The notes under the pieces: generated by a model
Seen by the model: the letters and a program-made list of their open reading frames with translations, nothing else
Databases searched by the model: none
What the model was told of the DNA's origin: nothing
In this document: positions 38,426 through 49,588 of the stretch, one piece after another
How the letters are laid out: each line of letters opens with the position of its first letter
How positions within the stretch are numbered: position 1 is the stretch's first letter
Origin: Candidatus Latescibacterota bacterium
GTDB taxonomy: Bacteria > Latescibacterota > CBDEFO01
DNA length: 64,000 nucleotides
Direction of reading: 5' to 3'
NCBI GenBank assembly: GCA_965237525.1
Contig: CBDEFO010000004.1
Span: 205,951-269,950, forward strand
Program-made: the position numbers and the translations under genes

Positions 38426-40250
38426 CGGGAATGAGAGGCAGCAAGACATGCGAAGTATGTCCCCTGTCATGATATACCGTGTTCTGAGCTATCACAAGCC
38501 TCCTCTCACAGCCGAGCGGACCGCCCGTGTTCGGATTTACGTCGAATCTCGGGAAATTGCTGCTTGAGACATCTACCCTTATCCTGTGACCCTTCTTGAA
38601 CAGGTTGGACGTAGGATACATCACGATCTCGAATCTGTATATCTTTCCCGGTTGCATCAATTCCGCACTTTCTCTGGAGTTCCTGTAGCGGGCCCTTATT
38701 ATGCTGTCGGAGATGTTCATATCGAACCCCGAAGGATAGTCCTCATTGGGAGGATATACGTCTAAAAGCTTGACCGTAAAGTCCGTATCCAGGGCAGATG
38801 AAGACGCCCAAAGCACGAATGTAAGTGGCCCCGTAACCTCAACTTCCTTTTCCAAGACATCAGTTTGGAATACCAATACATCGTTCCTTGCCGAAAGGGG
38901 CATACTATCCCTGCAACCCAAGAAATCTTCCCTTCCTCTCTGATCGAACGCCCCTGCCGGTATCACGTCATCTGCGGCTGATATATTGCCCCCGATAGTC
39001 GGCACAGGATCGCGCGGATCGAAAGTGTAGCTGCTTGGAGGATCGTCATCCGGGACATCGGTAGAGAGGCGTCCGTCCAGATGGATGTAATACTTAGTAT
39101 ATATAGTCCTTTCCAAAGGCCATTGGTTCTCAAACCTCCACCTGCCGCCGTGATTTAGCCCTTCGTCTATAGTCTTCCTGCCGTCACCTCCTCCCATAAC
39201 GAATATTTTGACCGGTGGATCGTCCATAATCCCCGTATCCAATCCCTTGAGATTGTAGTCGAACCACCTTAACCTGAAATCGTTGTAGTCCAGAGCGGCA
39301 TCTGCGCCGAACTCCACATCACCGCAGCGGGACAATTCCAAAGTCTGCGCGCCGTGCGACCAGGGACCCATAATCAGCCTTATCGGCTCCTTTTTCATAG
39401 TGGACAGGCGCACATAATTGTCCGTCGTGGCTCTCGTGTAAGAGTCGTACCATCCCCCTAAGTAGTACGCAGGCACATCGGCGTGTTCGTCATAGTATTC
39501 CTCGATGCTGTATCCCCTCTGTTTCCAATACTCATTATAGTCCCCTGTGGTCATGATGTCCAGTATCCACTGCTCATAAGTTGGGAAGAGACTCAAAGGC
39601 GAAGTCCCCTTCCCGTGCGGGTGTCTGGTCAGCCAATGTCCTACGTTCCTGTAGGCCTGCTCAGCAGCTGCCCTTTTAGCGGGGTCTTTCAAGGCCTCCT
39701 TGCTTGATAAGGCCATGCGAAAGGCATAGACGAAGAACGTGAGTTCACATGCCCCGTTGTGCCTCATAGAACAGGTGTGATAGTTAGATGCCCCCTCGCT
39801 TACGAACATGCACTTTAGATGAGGCGGATTCATAGTGGCCAGAGCGCTTTGATCGCTTCCGCTGTAGGAAAGACCCATAGTCCCCACCTGGCCATCGCAC
39901 CACTTCTGTTGCGCTATCCACTCGACTGCGTCGTACCCATCTGGCGCCTCATTTGCAAAGGCATACCATACGCCTTCAGAATCGAATCTGCCTCTGACAT
40001 CCTGGATGGCGACCACATAACCCCTTCGGGCGAAGTAGTTGCCGCTTTTGACCATATCCAGCCTTATCTGTTTGCCGTACGGACTCCGCTCCAAAATGGC
40101 CGGGAATCTCCCCTTCGCAGGACTACCCTCCAGCGCGGGAAAATAGATGTCCGTCGCCAATTTCACACCGTCCCGCATTGACACAATCACGTTCCTCTCT
40201 ACGACCACTTCATACTGCTGATGCGAGCCCTGTCTGCCAGAATCTGACAT
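38418..40250 (-). CDS. CocE/NonD family alpha/beta hydrolase (X-Pro dipeptidyl-peptidase S15-like)
   Basis: 610 aa. N-terminal alpha/beta-hydrolase with nucleophile Ser in GLSYSG, plus a C-terminal beta-sandwich. Confidence 0.7.
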   Translation of the reverse strand: MSDSGRQGSHQQYEVVVERNVIVSMRDGVKLATDIYFPALEGSPAKGRFPAILERSPYGKQIRLDMVKSGNYFARRGYVVAIQDVRGRFDSEGVWYAFANEAPDGYDAVEWIAQQKWCDGQVGTMGLSYSGSDQSALATMNPPHLKCMFVSEGASNYHTCSMRHNGACELTFFVYAFRMALSSKEALKDPAKRAAAEQAYRNVGHWLTRHPHGKGTSPLSLFPTYEQWILDIMTTGDYNEYWKQRGYSIEEYYDEHADVPAYYLGGWYDSYTRATTDNYVRLSTMKKEPIRLIMGPWSHGAQTLELSRCGDVEFGADAALDYNDFRLRWFDYNLKGLDTGIMDDPPVKIFVMGGGDGRKTIDEGLNHGGRWRFENQWPLERTIYTKYYIHLDGRLSTDVPDDDPPSSYTFDPRDPVPTIGGNISAADDVIPAGAFDQRGREDFLGCRDSMPLSARNDVLVFQTDVLEKEVEVTGPLTFVLWASSSALDTDFTVKLLDVYPPNEDYPSGFDMNISDSIIRARYRNSRESAELMQPGKIYRFEIVMYPTSNLFKKGHRIRVDVSSSNFPRFDVNPNTGGPLGCERRLVIAQNTVYHDRGHTSHVLLPLIPAR

Positions 40251-40332
40251 GCGTCTGTTCCTATATTAGTAATCGAAGCAAAATATCCCGCACAGTGACG
40301 GCTCCTCCCTTCTGCACCATCTACAGAACCAA

Positions 40333-40376
40333 GCAACGTCATTGCTACGCCCCCCGATTGAATCTATCGGGGGTTA
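40333..40376. repeat. left copy of 45 bp inverted repeat (GCAACGTCATTGC + CCCCCGATTGAATCTATCGGGGG hairpin)
   Basis: Reverse complement of 41473..41517. The two copies flank the SDR gene 40559..41365. Confidence 0.6.
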
Positions 40377-40558
40377 ACTCGGGGATAGCTAAGTAATCTC
40401 ACTTATACTACTTACCCTGAGTTTGGTACTGCTTCCCAACTCCTGACAGCGTCGGATCTGGTACCTTTTCCCCAGAGCTTTTTCGATACCTCCAATTGCA
40501 ATGGCTGAAAGCCGAATGAATACGGAAAGACTTTACACTTTCAGCGTTGCCCTTGGAA

Positions 40559-41365
40559 CTAACACATATATCTCCCACCGTTCACGTCAATAGTGGCGCC
40601 CGTTATGTAGCTCGAATCGTCAGAAGCTAAAAAGACAACTGCCGGAGCTAATTCCTCCGGCTCGCCGAACTTCCTCAGTGGGACAGACTTTAAAAACTCC
40701 TTCTTAAATTCCTCATCCCTGCTGTTCCAAAGGTCCCTTACCCTCTGAGTGCTCATGAAGAGTCCCGGAGCTACAGCGTTGACGGTTACCCCGAAAGGCC
40801 CGAATTCGTACGCCAGTTGCCGTGTCAACCCCCCTAATCCCGCCTTTGCGCTTGAGTAGTGCACTCCCGAGAGTTGCGCGCCGTGCATTCTCCCCGATAG
40901 GGAGGAGACATTCACAATCTTTCCGTACCTCATCTCCTTCATATACTTCCAGACCTCCCGACAGCACAGGAAAACAGCCCTCAGATTAGTGTCCACAACC
41001 TTATCCCAGTCCTCCTCCGTCAGTTCCTCGAAGAATACAGGAGTGAAGAGCGCTCCCCCGGCGTTGTTCACTAAAATGTCCACCTTTCCGAACTCTGAGA
41101 TGGCCTTCTGGACCATCTCTCTGATCTGATCTATCTTTCGTATATCTCCCTTTGCTATGATCGCCCTCCGTCCCAGCGCTTCTATCTCTGCGCCAGTCTC
41201 CTCCATAGCCTCCACGTCCCTGCCATTTACCACTATATCCGCGCCCTCTTTAGCCATCGCTATGGCCATTGCTCTTCCCAAGCCCTTCGACGATCCTGTG
41301 ATAATAGCAGACCTACCCTCCAGTCTCATTTCTACCTCCCATATTGAGAAATCAACCATCTGCAA
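40559..41365 (-). CDS. SDR family oxidoreductase (3-oxoacyl-ACP reductase-like)
   Basis: TGSSKGLGRA Rossmann motif, catalytic YxxxK (YSSAKAG), NNAG. Confidence 0.85.
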   Translation of the reverse strand: MQMVDFSIWEVEMRLEGRSAIITGSSKGLGRAMAIAMAKEGADIVVNGRDVEAMEETGAEIEALGRRAIIAKGDIRKIDQIREMVQKAISEFGKVDILVNNAGGALFTPVFFEELTEEDWDKVVDTNLRAVFLCCREVWKYMKEMRYGKIVNVSSLSGRMHGAQLSGVHYSSAKAGLGGLTRQLAYEFGPFGVTVNAVAPGLFMSTQRVRDLWNSRDEEFKKEFLKSVPLRKFGEPEELAPAVVFLASDDSSYITGATIDVNGGRYMC

Positions 41366-41472
41366 GCGTCTTTTTTGAAATCCTCCCCAGCAAGAAAGAT
41401 AAAGAAAGAATCACAACCAAGTCAACACAAAACTCTCCCCATAATTGAGATTGCTTCGCCACCCCTGAATTA

Positions 41473-41517
41473 AACCCCGATAGATTCAATCGGGGGGGGG
41501 GATCGCAATGACGTTGC
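41473..41517. repeat. right copy of 45 bp inverted repeat (hairpin + GCAATGACGTTGC)
   Basis: See 40333..40376. Confidence 0.6.
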
Positions 41518-41646
41518 GAATCTCAACGGAGGAGATGCGCTGCAGCCGTCTTGGGAAAATTCGGTTGACTTTTCAGCTTCAGAACATATATTTACACAAC
41601 GTGTATTCTATTGCAGGCAGACAGAAAGGGCCGTAAAGGTAAGTGA

Positions 41647-43946
41647 ATGACAACCTTCCAAAGTAAAGATACAAAAGTAGACAGCAAACATGAAGAAAAG
41701 ATGCCCGCCATACTGTCGAATTACAACTGTCTACTCATATTATCCCTCCTCCTGGTGTTCGTGGTAGCCACCTTTCTCTATCTGAACACGCTCGGCAACA
41801 GCTTTGTGTGGGACGATGTGTTCATAGTAGAGTATAATCCCCGGATTAAGGACTGGGACCAATTGGGAAAGATCTTCACGGGAGATTTTTTTCCCCAGAA
41901 GGAAGAAAGGTCGGGCTTCTACAGACCTGTCACCACACTGTCGTTCGTCGCAGATCACAGCATCTGGGGCCTGAACGCCGCCGGATATCATCTGTCCAAT
42001 GTGCTGATGCATTCTGTGGCCTCCGCGCTGGTCTTCTTTCTGGGATATGCCATTCTGGAGAGCATGCTCGGGGCGGTTTTCGTATCCCTCCTTTTTGCCC
42101 TGCACCCCGTTCATACCGAATCCGTCGCATGGATATCGGGCAGGACGGATATACTCGCCGCAATATTCTTCCTCTCAGCCCTTTTGGCCTTCATCCGCTC
42201 TCAGAAAGTGGTGCAACCACTTCGTCGTGAATATAGAGGGCCTCTTTTCTACTCCCTATGCGTAGTCCTCTTTGCCCTTGCGCTCCTGTCCAAAGAGGTG
42301 GCCATAACCTTCCCTCTAATCGCAGCACTGTACGATTGGTATTACATATCTGAGGGAGATTTTAGGCTTTTCAAAAGGAACTTTATACGAAGATACACCC
42401 CCCTTGTCACAACAGCCGCGGCTTACGTCTTCCTACACCTTTCCCTAATCGGAGACAGGGCGATGGAAAGAGGGTACGACTACCCTGAGAACCCTATCTT
42501 AGCCTTTATCGAAACCCTTCAGATATTTGCGCATTACGTTAAAATCCTGATCTTGCCTCTATGGTTGGACGCTGAAGTTCACATCTTTCCGCCCGAATCT
42601 CTGCTCCAGATTACGAATCTTGTATCCATAGCAGTCACAGCAGCGGTAATATATGCGGGCATCATGACGCTACGGAGTGGTCGCACCACCAAAAGGGCCA
42701 GGAAGTCTCATTTGGCATATTCTGGTTTCTATGTCTCTTTCCGTTCATATCGGGCATAATCCCCAGTTGGGAGCTGATAGCCGAAAGATTCTTATACATC
42801 CCCTCCCTCGGCTTCTGCATAGCGCTGGGAGCGATTCTGGAAAGTGCCATTTCGGGAAGGTCTGTGGAACGTCCACTTCAGGCAGAGCATCCACGGCAAA
42901 TCCTCTCTTTCAATATCGCAAAATCCATCGCTTCCATAGCCTTCCTGTGCCTCATATGCTCCTACTCCGTTATTGTAATCAGGCGCAATAAAGACTGGGA
43001 AAATGACTACACCATATTTTCCAAATCGCTGGAGAACCCGAAAAATGCGGATAACTCAAGACTGCACTATAATATGGCTTCCGCCTATATCAATATAAAA
43101 GGGTCTCTAACAGATGCCATACTGGAGCTTGAGAAGGCCGTGAGCCTGGATTTTCCCGAAAAAAAGGCCTTCAGGGCCTTAGGCAAAGCATATCTTATAA
43201 AAGGCAGGACACACGATGCGATAGGAGTCCTGAGAAAGGCTTTAGATGTTGACCCTCATAAGCACGACATCTACAACGGCCTGGGGGGAGCTTACTTCGT
43301 AAACGGAATGATCGAAGAGGCCATAAGTAACTATAAAGAGGGAGTGAGAGAAAACCCAGATTACGATGAACTGCAGTACAACCTTGCCAATGTCTACGTC
43401 TATGTAGATTCCCTCGATAAAGCTGTATTTCACTACACAGAGGCATTAAGGATCAATAGCGATTACGCCAACGCCCACAATAATCTGGGAAACGTCTACT
43501 TAATAAAGGGGAAAATAGAGCGGGCCATATTCCATTTTAAAGAGGCGTTGAGAATATATCCCGATCACGAGATGGCGCATTACAATTTGGGAGACGCCTA
43601 TATGGAAAGCGACTCCACAGAGCAGGCGATAAGGCACTATATGAGGGCGATAAGTCTGGATTCGACGTACACAAGCGCGCACAACGCCTTGGGCAAAGCA
43701 TACGTCTTTAGGGGTATGCCCCAGGACGGAATCGAACACTACAAGGAGGCGATAAGGATAGACTCCAACTTCGCAGATGCCCACTATAATTTAGGATTCA
43801 GCTATCACGATCTTGGGAGAGATTACGACAGAGCAATTTTCCATATGAAAGAAGGATTGAGGCTGCATCCCGATCACGTGCTCTCGGACCGAGCCAAGGA
43901 GATAGTTGAGAACCATAAGGAGCACATCCATGCGCCAAAACAATAG
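41647..43946 (+). CDS. TMTC-like protein: N-terminal multi-TM glycosyltransferase-39-like domain fused to C-terminal TPR repeats, with one frameshift near 42700
   Basis: ORF 41647..42759 (about 10 TM). The +1 frame continues ...IAERFLYIPSLGFC... into ORF 42864..43946 (about 9 TPR repeats). The shift lies at CCACCACCAAAAGGG. Confidence 0.6.
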
Positions 43947-43979
43947 ATCTATCAGAGCGTCAGAAGAAAGGAAAAACCT

Positions 43980-44783
43980 ATGAAACTTGAGAACAAAAGA
44001 GCCATCGTCACAGGCGGGGGGGGCGGCATAGGGCGAGGAATAGTCCTGTGCCTTGCAGGTGAGGGGGCGGACATAGCAATAGCCGACCTGGACACGGAGA
44101 GCGCCCAAAATACAGCCGATGAGGTGAAGGCCCTGAAACGCCGAGTCATGGTAATCAAGACAGATGTCACAAAAAGAGAAGACGTGGAAAACATGGTGTC
44201 CGGGGTCGTAAAGGAGTTCGGAGGTGTAGACATACTCGTAAACAACGCCGGGGCTTGGGGGCACAACCTCGGAATGCCATTCACCGAAGACGATGAGGAC
44301 AACTGGGATTTCAACTACTCCATAAACATGAAAGCCCCTTTTATCGTCACAAGAGCCGTCGCTCCTCACATGATAGAACAGAAAAGCGGCAAGATAGTCA
44401 ACATAAGCTCCATCGCTTCCAAGAGAAATCCCCCTATGTTGGCACCCTACTGCGCAACCAAGGCCGCGCTTCTTAGCTTTACCAAAGTTGTGGCCAAAGG
44501 CCTTGCACCTCATAATATCAACGTCAACGTCATTTGTCCGGGGATAATATGGACACCCTTCTGGGAGAGACTCGCTCCTCTTATGGCAGAGACCTATCCT
44601 GAACTTCAAGGACTCAGCGCAAGAGAGGCGTTCGACAAATGGGTCACCAACGCCGTCCCGCTAAATAGAGAGCAGACCCCGGAAGACATTGGGAAAGGCG
44701 TAGTCTTTTTCAGCTCTGAAGACTCCAAGAACATAACCGGACAGACCATGCACATAGACGGCGGCGTGATTATGGAGTTGTAA
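43980..44783 (+). CDS. SDR family oxidoreductase
   Basis: TGGGGGIGRG, NNAG, YCATKAA (YxxxK). Confidence 0.85.
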   Translation: MKLENKRAIVTGGGGGIGRGIVLCLAGEGADIAIADLDTESAQNTADEVKALKRRVMVIKTDVTKREDVENMVSGVVKEFGGVDILVNNAGAWGHNLGMPFTEDDEDNWDFNYSINMKAPFIVTRAVAPHMIEQKSGKIVNISSIASKRNPPMLAPYCATKAALLSFTKVVAKGLAPHNINVNVICPGIIWTPFWERLAPLMAETYPELQGLSAREAFDKWVTNAVPLNREQTPEDIGKGVVFFSSEDSKNITGQTMHIDGGVIMEL

Positions 44784-44843
44784 TCCCCAATAACACTACG
44801 GACTCAAATTAACCTGTCAGTTTATGAACAAGGAGTTCTGAAG

Positions 44844-45836
44844 ATGAAGCGGAAGATTTGGTCTATTACCGTAGTGGTGACGGCAGTACTTCTAGCCTGT
44901 TGCATCGCCTCGGCGAAAGCCCAAAGTCTCTTTAAAGACCCCGAGCTTGTTTTCTCCGCTCCAGAAGGGGCCAATCCAGGAGAGTTTGGACGGCTTGATC
45001 CAAAACCAGAAGGTGAGCCGCGGTACCCATCTGATTTCACGATTGACTCCAAAGGTAACTTCTGCATTCAAGACGATGTGAATCGTCGGATACAGAAATT
45101 TAACAGGGATGGCAGTTTCATACTTTCCTGGAGGCCCCCTCGTGAAGGCGGATGGATACAAGTAGGCGCAAGTTTAGAGGTAGATAGTCAGGATAATATT
45201 TATGTATTGACAGACCACGATGAGGGTTTGAGAGGCTGGAAATTAGACAATCAAGCCAAGTTTGTGAGCCACTTTGAGGTTGAGTTTGGAAGTGGCATTG
45301 AACTTTGGCTACGCGTCAATTCGAAAGGGAATATTTTCATATCGAGCGGTAGACGTTCGTTATTTCTCAACAAGGCTGGAAAGACTGTGCTACGGAGAGG
45401 AGGTGTTCGGAGAATATATACCTCAGGCTTTTCAGATTACATCTTCTTAGAAAATTTTGGAGTACAAGGAAAGCGTTGGCCCTCGTTTGAACGACATGCC
45501 CAAATACCTGAAAAAGGTATCTCTGGATTGTCTACATCCATAAACAAGCAAGGATCGAGCTATGGCGTAATGTCCGCGATTAATGGACAAGGGAACTTAT
45601 TTATTCTTAAAGTGGAAGGTCGAAGTAGAATTATGGGGTTTTATGGTAGGGGTGGAGAATACCTTGGGAAAGTTCCTGATTGTCCTAAGGAAACCCAACC
45701 CAGACCAAATGGTGGAGATGATTTTGTCACAGATGCAGATGGGAATCTCTACCAGTTACAGCTATTTCATACCCAAATAGGGCGGAAAACAGCTGAAGGG
45801 TGGGTCAAGATCTGGAAGTGGGATAGGATAAAGTGA
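44844..45836 (+). CDS. secreted NHL-repeat protein, paralog 1 (intact)
   Basis: Signal peptide. NHL repeat (PSDFTIDSKGNFCIQDDVNRRIQKFNRDG). Conserved C-terminus ...KIWKWDRIK. Confidence 0.6.
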   Translation: MKRKIWSITVVVTAVLLACCIASAKAQSLFKDPELVFSAPEGANPGEFGRLDPKPEGEPRYPSDFTIDSKGNFCIQDDVNRRIQKFNRDGSFILSWRPPREGGWIQVGASLEVDSQDNIYVLTDHDEGLRGWKLDNQAKFVSHFEVEFGSGIELWLRVNSKGNIFISSGRRSLFLNKAGKTVLRRGGVRRIYTSGFSDYIFLENFGVQGKRWPSFERHAQIPEKGISGLSTSINKQGSSYGVMSAINGQGNLFILKVEGRSRIMGFYGRGGEYLGKVPDCPKETQPRPNGGDDFVTDADGNLYQLQLFHTQIGRKTAEGWVKIWKWDRIK

Positions 45837-45924
45837 TGATACTTGGACAGGATATTCCCCAGAGGCAAAAATTCCATTATGAACTCATATTAACCTCTCA
45901 TTTTATCAACAAAGAGTTCTGACG

Positions 45925-46924
45925 ATGAAGCGAAAGATATGCTCGATTTCCATAGTGGTGACAGCAGTACTTCTGAGCAGTTACATCGCCTCGGCGAAAG
46001 CCCAAAGTCTCTTTAAAGACCCCGAGCTTGTTCTCTCCGCTCCCGAGGGAACTGAGCAAGGAGCATTTGGAATGCATCTTGCAGTATCCAGAAGGTTAGT
46101 CTCTATATCCATATGATTTTACTATTGACTCGAAAGGTAACTTCTGGATTCAAGACGATGTGAATGGTAGAATACAGAAGTTTAACAGGGATCGAGAGTT
46201 CATCCTTGCCTGGAGTCCGCCTGATGAAGGATGGGAGATACGCGTAGGGGCAAGTCTAGAGGTGGATGGGCAAGATAACATTTATGAAGTGGAAGAACAT
46301 AATACTGAAGAGGGCGCGAGAGGCACGAAGTTAAATAGTCAAGCTAAGTTTGTGAGCCACTTTCAGGTTGATTTTGAGAGTGGAGTTGAATTCTCCTTAC
46401 GTGTTAACTCTAAAGGGGATATATCAATATTCAGTGGGTCACGTGCTTTATTTCTTAACAAGGAAGGCAAGACGTTGCTATCACGGGGTAGGGTTTACCG
46501 AATAATTACCTCAGCCTTTTCCGATAACATTTTGTTAGAAACTTTTCCAGAAGGTAGAGACGAATGGGCGGCGTTTGAGAGGTATTCACAAAACCCTGGA
46601 AAAGGCAACTCAGGACTGCAAGTAACATTAAACAAGCAGGGATCGGGACATGGAACAGTATCCGCAATTGATGTACAAGGAAATTCATTTGTTGTTGCAC
46701 TTGATGATCGAGAGAGAAGTATGGAATTTTATAGTAGTGGTGGAGAGTACCTTGGGAAAGTTCCCCATTGTCCTAAGAAATCCTTACCTAGAGCAGGTGG
46801 TGGAGATGATTTTGTCACGGATGGGGATGGTACCCTATACCGATTAGAGCTATTTCCTCCTTGGTGGGGGCGGAAAACAGCTGAAGGCTGGATCAAGATA
46901 TGGAAGTGGGAGAGGATAAAGTGA
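45925..46924 (+). pseudogene. secreted NHL-repeat protein, paralog 2 (frameshift + TAG nonsense near 46080..46120)
   Basis: ORFs 45925..46116 and 46160..46924. Alignment with paralog 1 shows GEP>G* and a frame change. Confidence 0.55.
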
Positions 46925-47000
46925 TGATACTTGGACAGGATATTCCCCAGAGGCAAAAATTCCATTTTGAACTCATATTAACCTCTCAATTGATCAGCCG

Positions 47001-49522
47001 ATGGTTCTGAAGATGAAGCGAAAGATTTGGTCTATTCCCATAGCAGCCACAGCAGTACTTCTGGCCTGTTGCATTGTCTCAGCGAAAGCCCAGAGTCTGT
47101 TTAAAAAACCCGAGCTTGTACTCTCAGCAGCAGAGGGGACTAATCCAGGAGAGTTAGGACTGCGTGTTCCCCAGCCAGAAGGTGAGATCTCATTTCCATC
47201 AGATTTTGCTGTCGATGCTAAAGGTAACTTCTGGATCCTAGATGATGTGAATCGTCGGATTCAGAAGTTTAACACCAATGGCGACTTCGTCCTTGCGTGG
47301 GATGGTGATGGAAGGAGCATACTCTCAGGGGCAATTTTGGAGGCAGATAACGAGGGTAACATTTATGTAATGGTGAGTGATACAGAGAGACATTGGTGGA
47401 TAGCGAAATTGAATACAGAAGCCCAGATCGTGAGACACTTTCTCGTTAGTGATCCACCTATTAGTGATTTTTACCTTCGTGTTAATTCTAAAGGCGCAAT
47501 GTGCATCAACAGCGGTTTTCGTGCTCGATTTCTTGACAAGGAAGGCAACACTGTGCTATCAAGAGGAAGTGTTTACCGCATATTTACCTCAGCCTTTTCA
47601 GAAAAAATTTCGTTAAGAACTCTCTCAGAGGGTGGAGACATTTTGACTTTAGAGCGATATGTGCAAATCCCTGAAAAAGGCATCCCTGGATTGTCTGTAT
47701 CATTAAAAGCCTTGTGAAATAGTTATGTCCCAGGCAGCGTCTGAAGCGCCGATTATGGGTCAAAGAGTAGCATATCGTATCGTTTTGCTGTGGAATAAGC
47801 AAAATAGTCTTATCAGAGTTCTGGTCAGCAAGGAACAGGAGCTGTTTGAAGAACAGGATGCACTGTCTTTGACAGACAGGGCACACATAGACGCTTTCCC
47901 CCTTCTTATGAAAGATACAAGCCTCTTGAGATTCTGTACTGTTGCAACAAGATTCAACTGTTCATTCAGTGAGGCTGGTCCTCTATAACGGGCTCGTCCC
48001 ATACCGTGTTGTTGCCTGGCTTCAGCAAAGATATGTTCACTGCGTTTACGGAGTCTCCGGGAGAGTTTGTAGTCAGCTGTTAATGAGATAGACCGTGCAT
48101 GATTTCTGGCTTTCGCCTCTCGCACTTTTCTATCCCGTTCGGCCTGAATATGTGCTGGATTTGTCTTGTTTTTCCATGTAGGAATCGGTTCAATCTTCTC
48201 ATCGGCTCGCAGAGGAATATGGGGTATGATTCCCCGGTCAAGTACATCAGCGATAAAATTACCAGAACCGTAACCGGTATCGGCACTAAGTGTCTGAATG
48301 TCTTTGGGCATGGTGTATGTTTCAAGGTCATCTACCATCTTAAGGGCACTTTCGGGCTCTGCTGTCCCTGTCGCCTGCGTGCCCTGAGTCTCAAGGATTA
48401 CTCTGCTTTTTGTGTCGATCAGATCATGGCCCATAAACGAGAGAAAAGCCCCTTTGCCCTTCGATTTGCTGTATAAGCGCGCGTCGGGGTCTGTAGTCGA
48501 ACGGTGTGTTTGGTTCGTCCACTTTTCACCATGAAAGTCTTTATCCTGAGGATGCCCGGACCTACCCTTTGTCTTATCACCTTCAAAACCGATTCCCTTG
48601 AGATAATCATCAAGAGAAACAGGGGGTTCTATCGGCTCAATACTTTTCACTGAAGCATCAGCTTGTATCTGAGTGCCGTCGACACTAAGGTGTTTACCGC
48701 TCACAAGACCGACATCTATGCAACACTGGACTACCTGACGCATTATCCGTTCAAACAACCCACTGGATGCCCACTTGTGATTGCGAAGCTTGTTGATCGT
48801 GCTCCTATCCGGAACCGCATCATCAAATGTCTGATGACAAAACAACCGATATGCCGCATGCATCCCCACTTCCTGACAGAGCCGATTCTCACTCAAATTA
48901 TACAGATAGCCAATAAGGATCATTCGAACAACTAATTCAGGATCAATACCGGGTCTGCCATTGTCAGGGCAATAACAATCTGATACAACGTCTCGTACAA
49001 ATGAAAAATCAACTGCCTCATCAATCTGACGAAGGATATGATCCTCGGGAACTAAATCCTCCATCTGAAAATAGTGAAACATCGGATTTGTCTGTTCCTG
49101 CTTTTGTGGGGTCATTGTTTCCTTCATGTATAATATTATCAATAACATAATATAATACATCGGAGCTGCTTTATCAATGCTTGTTCTATACTACTTTCTG
49201 AATCTAAGGGTTTTTCACAAGGCTTTTAAACAAGCAGGGATCTAGTGCAAGAGCAATAGAAGCAATTGATGGGCAAGGGAATTCATTTGTTACTGCATTT
49301 AAGGATCGCAAGAGAATTATGGAATTCTATGGTAGTGGAGGGGAATACCTTGGTCTAGTTCCTGATTGTCCGAAGAGAACGTTAGGCAACCCAGGTAGCG
49401 GAGATGATTTCGTTACAGATGGAAATGGGAATCTATACCAGATACAGCTAACTCCTTCCTGGTGGGAGCGCGAATCAGCTAAGGGGTCGGTCAAGATATG
49501 GAAGTGGGAGAGGATAAAGTGA
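47001..49522 (+). pseudogene. secreted NHL-repeat protein, paralog 3, interrupted by IS copy C (pieces 47001..47706 and 49226..49522)
   Basis: Removing IS copy C and one TTAA restores the frame ...GLSVSLNKQGSSARAIEAIDGQGNSF..., colinear with paralog 1. Confidence 0.7.
47707..49225 (-). mobile_element. IS copy C (1519 bp, intact 466 aa transposase), TSD TTAA
   Basis: IRs AAGCCTTGTGAAA. ttaa at 47703..47706 and 49226..49229. Transposase ORF 47760..49160. Confidence 0.9.
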
Positions 49523-49588
49523 TGATACTTGGACAGGATATTCCACTTCAAACCAGACCACAATATTAAGGAGGAAACTTAAAAAAAC

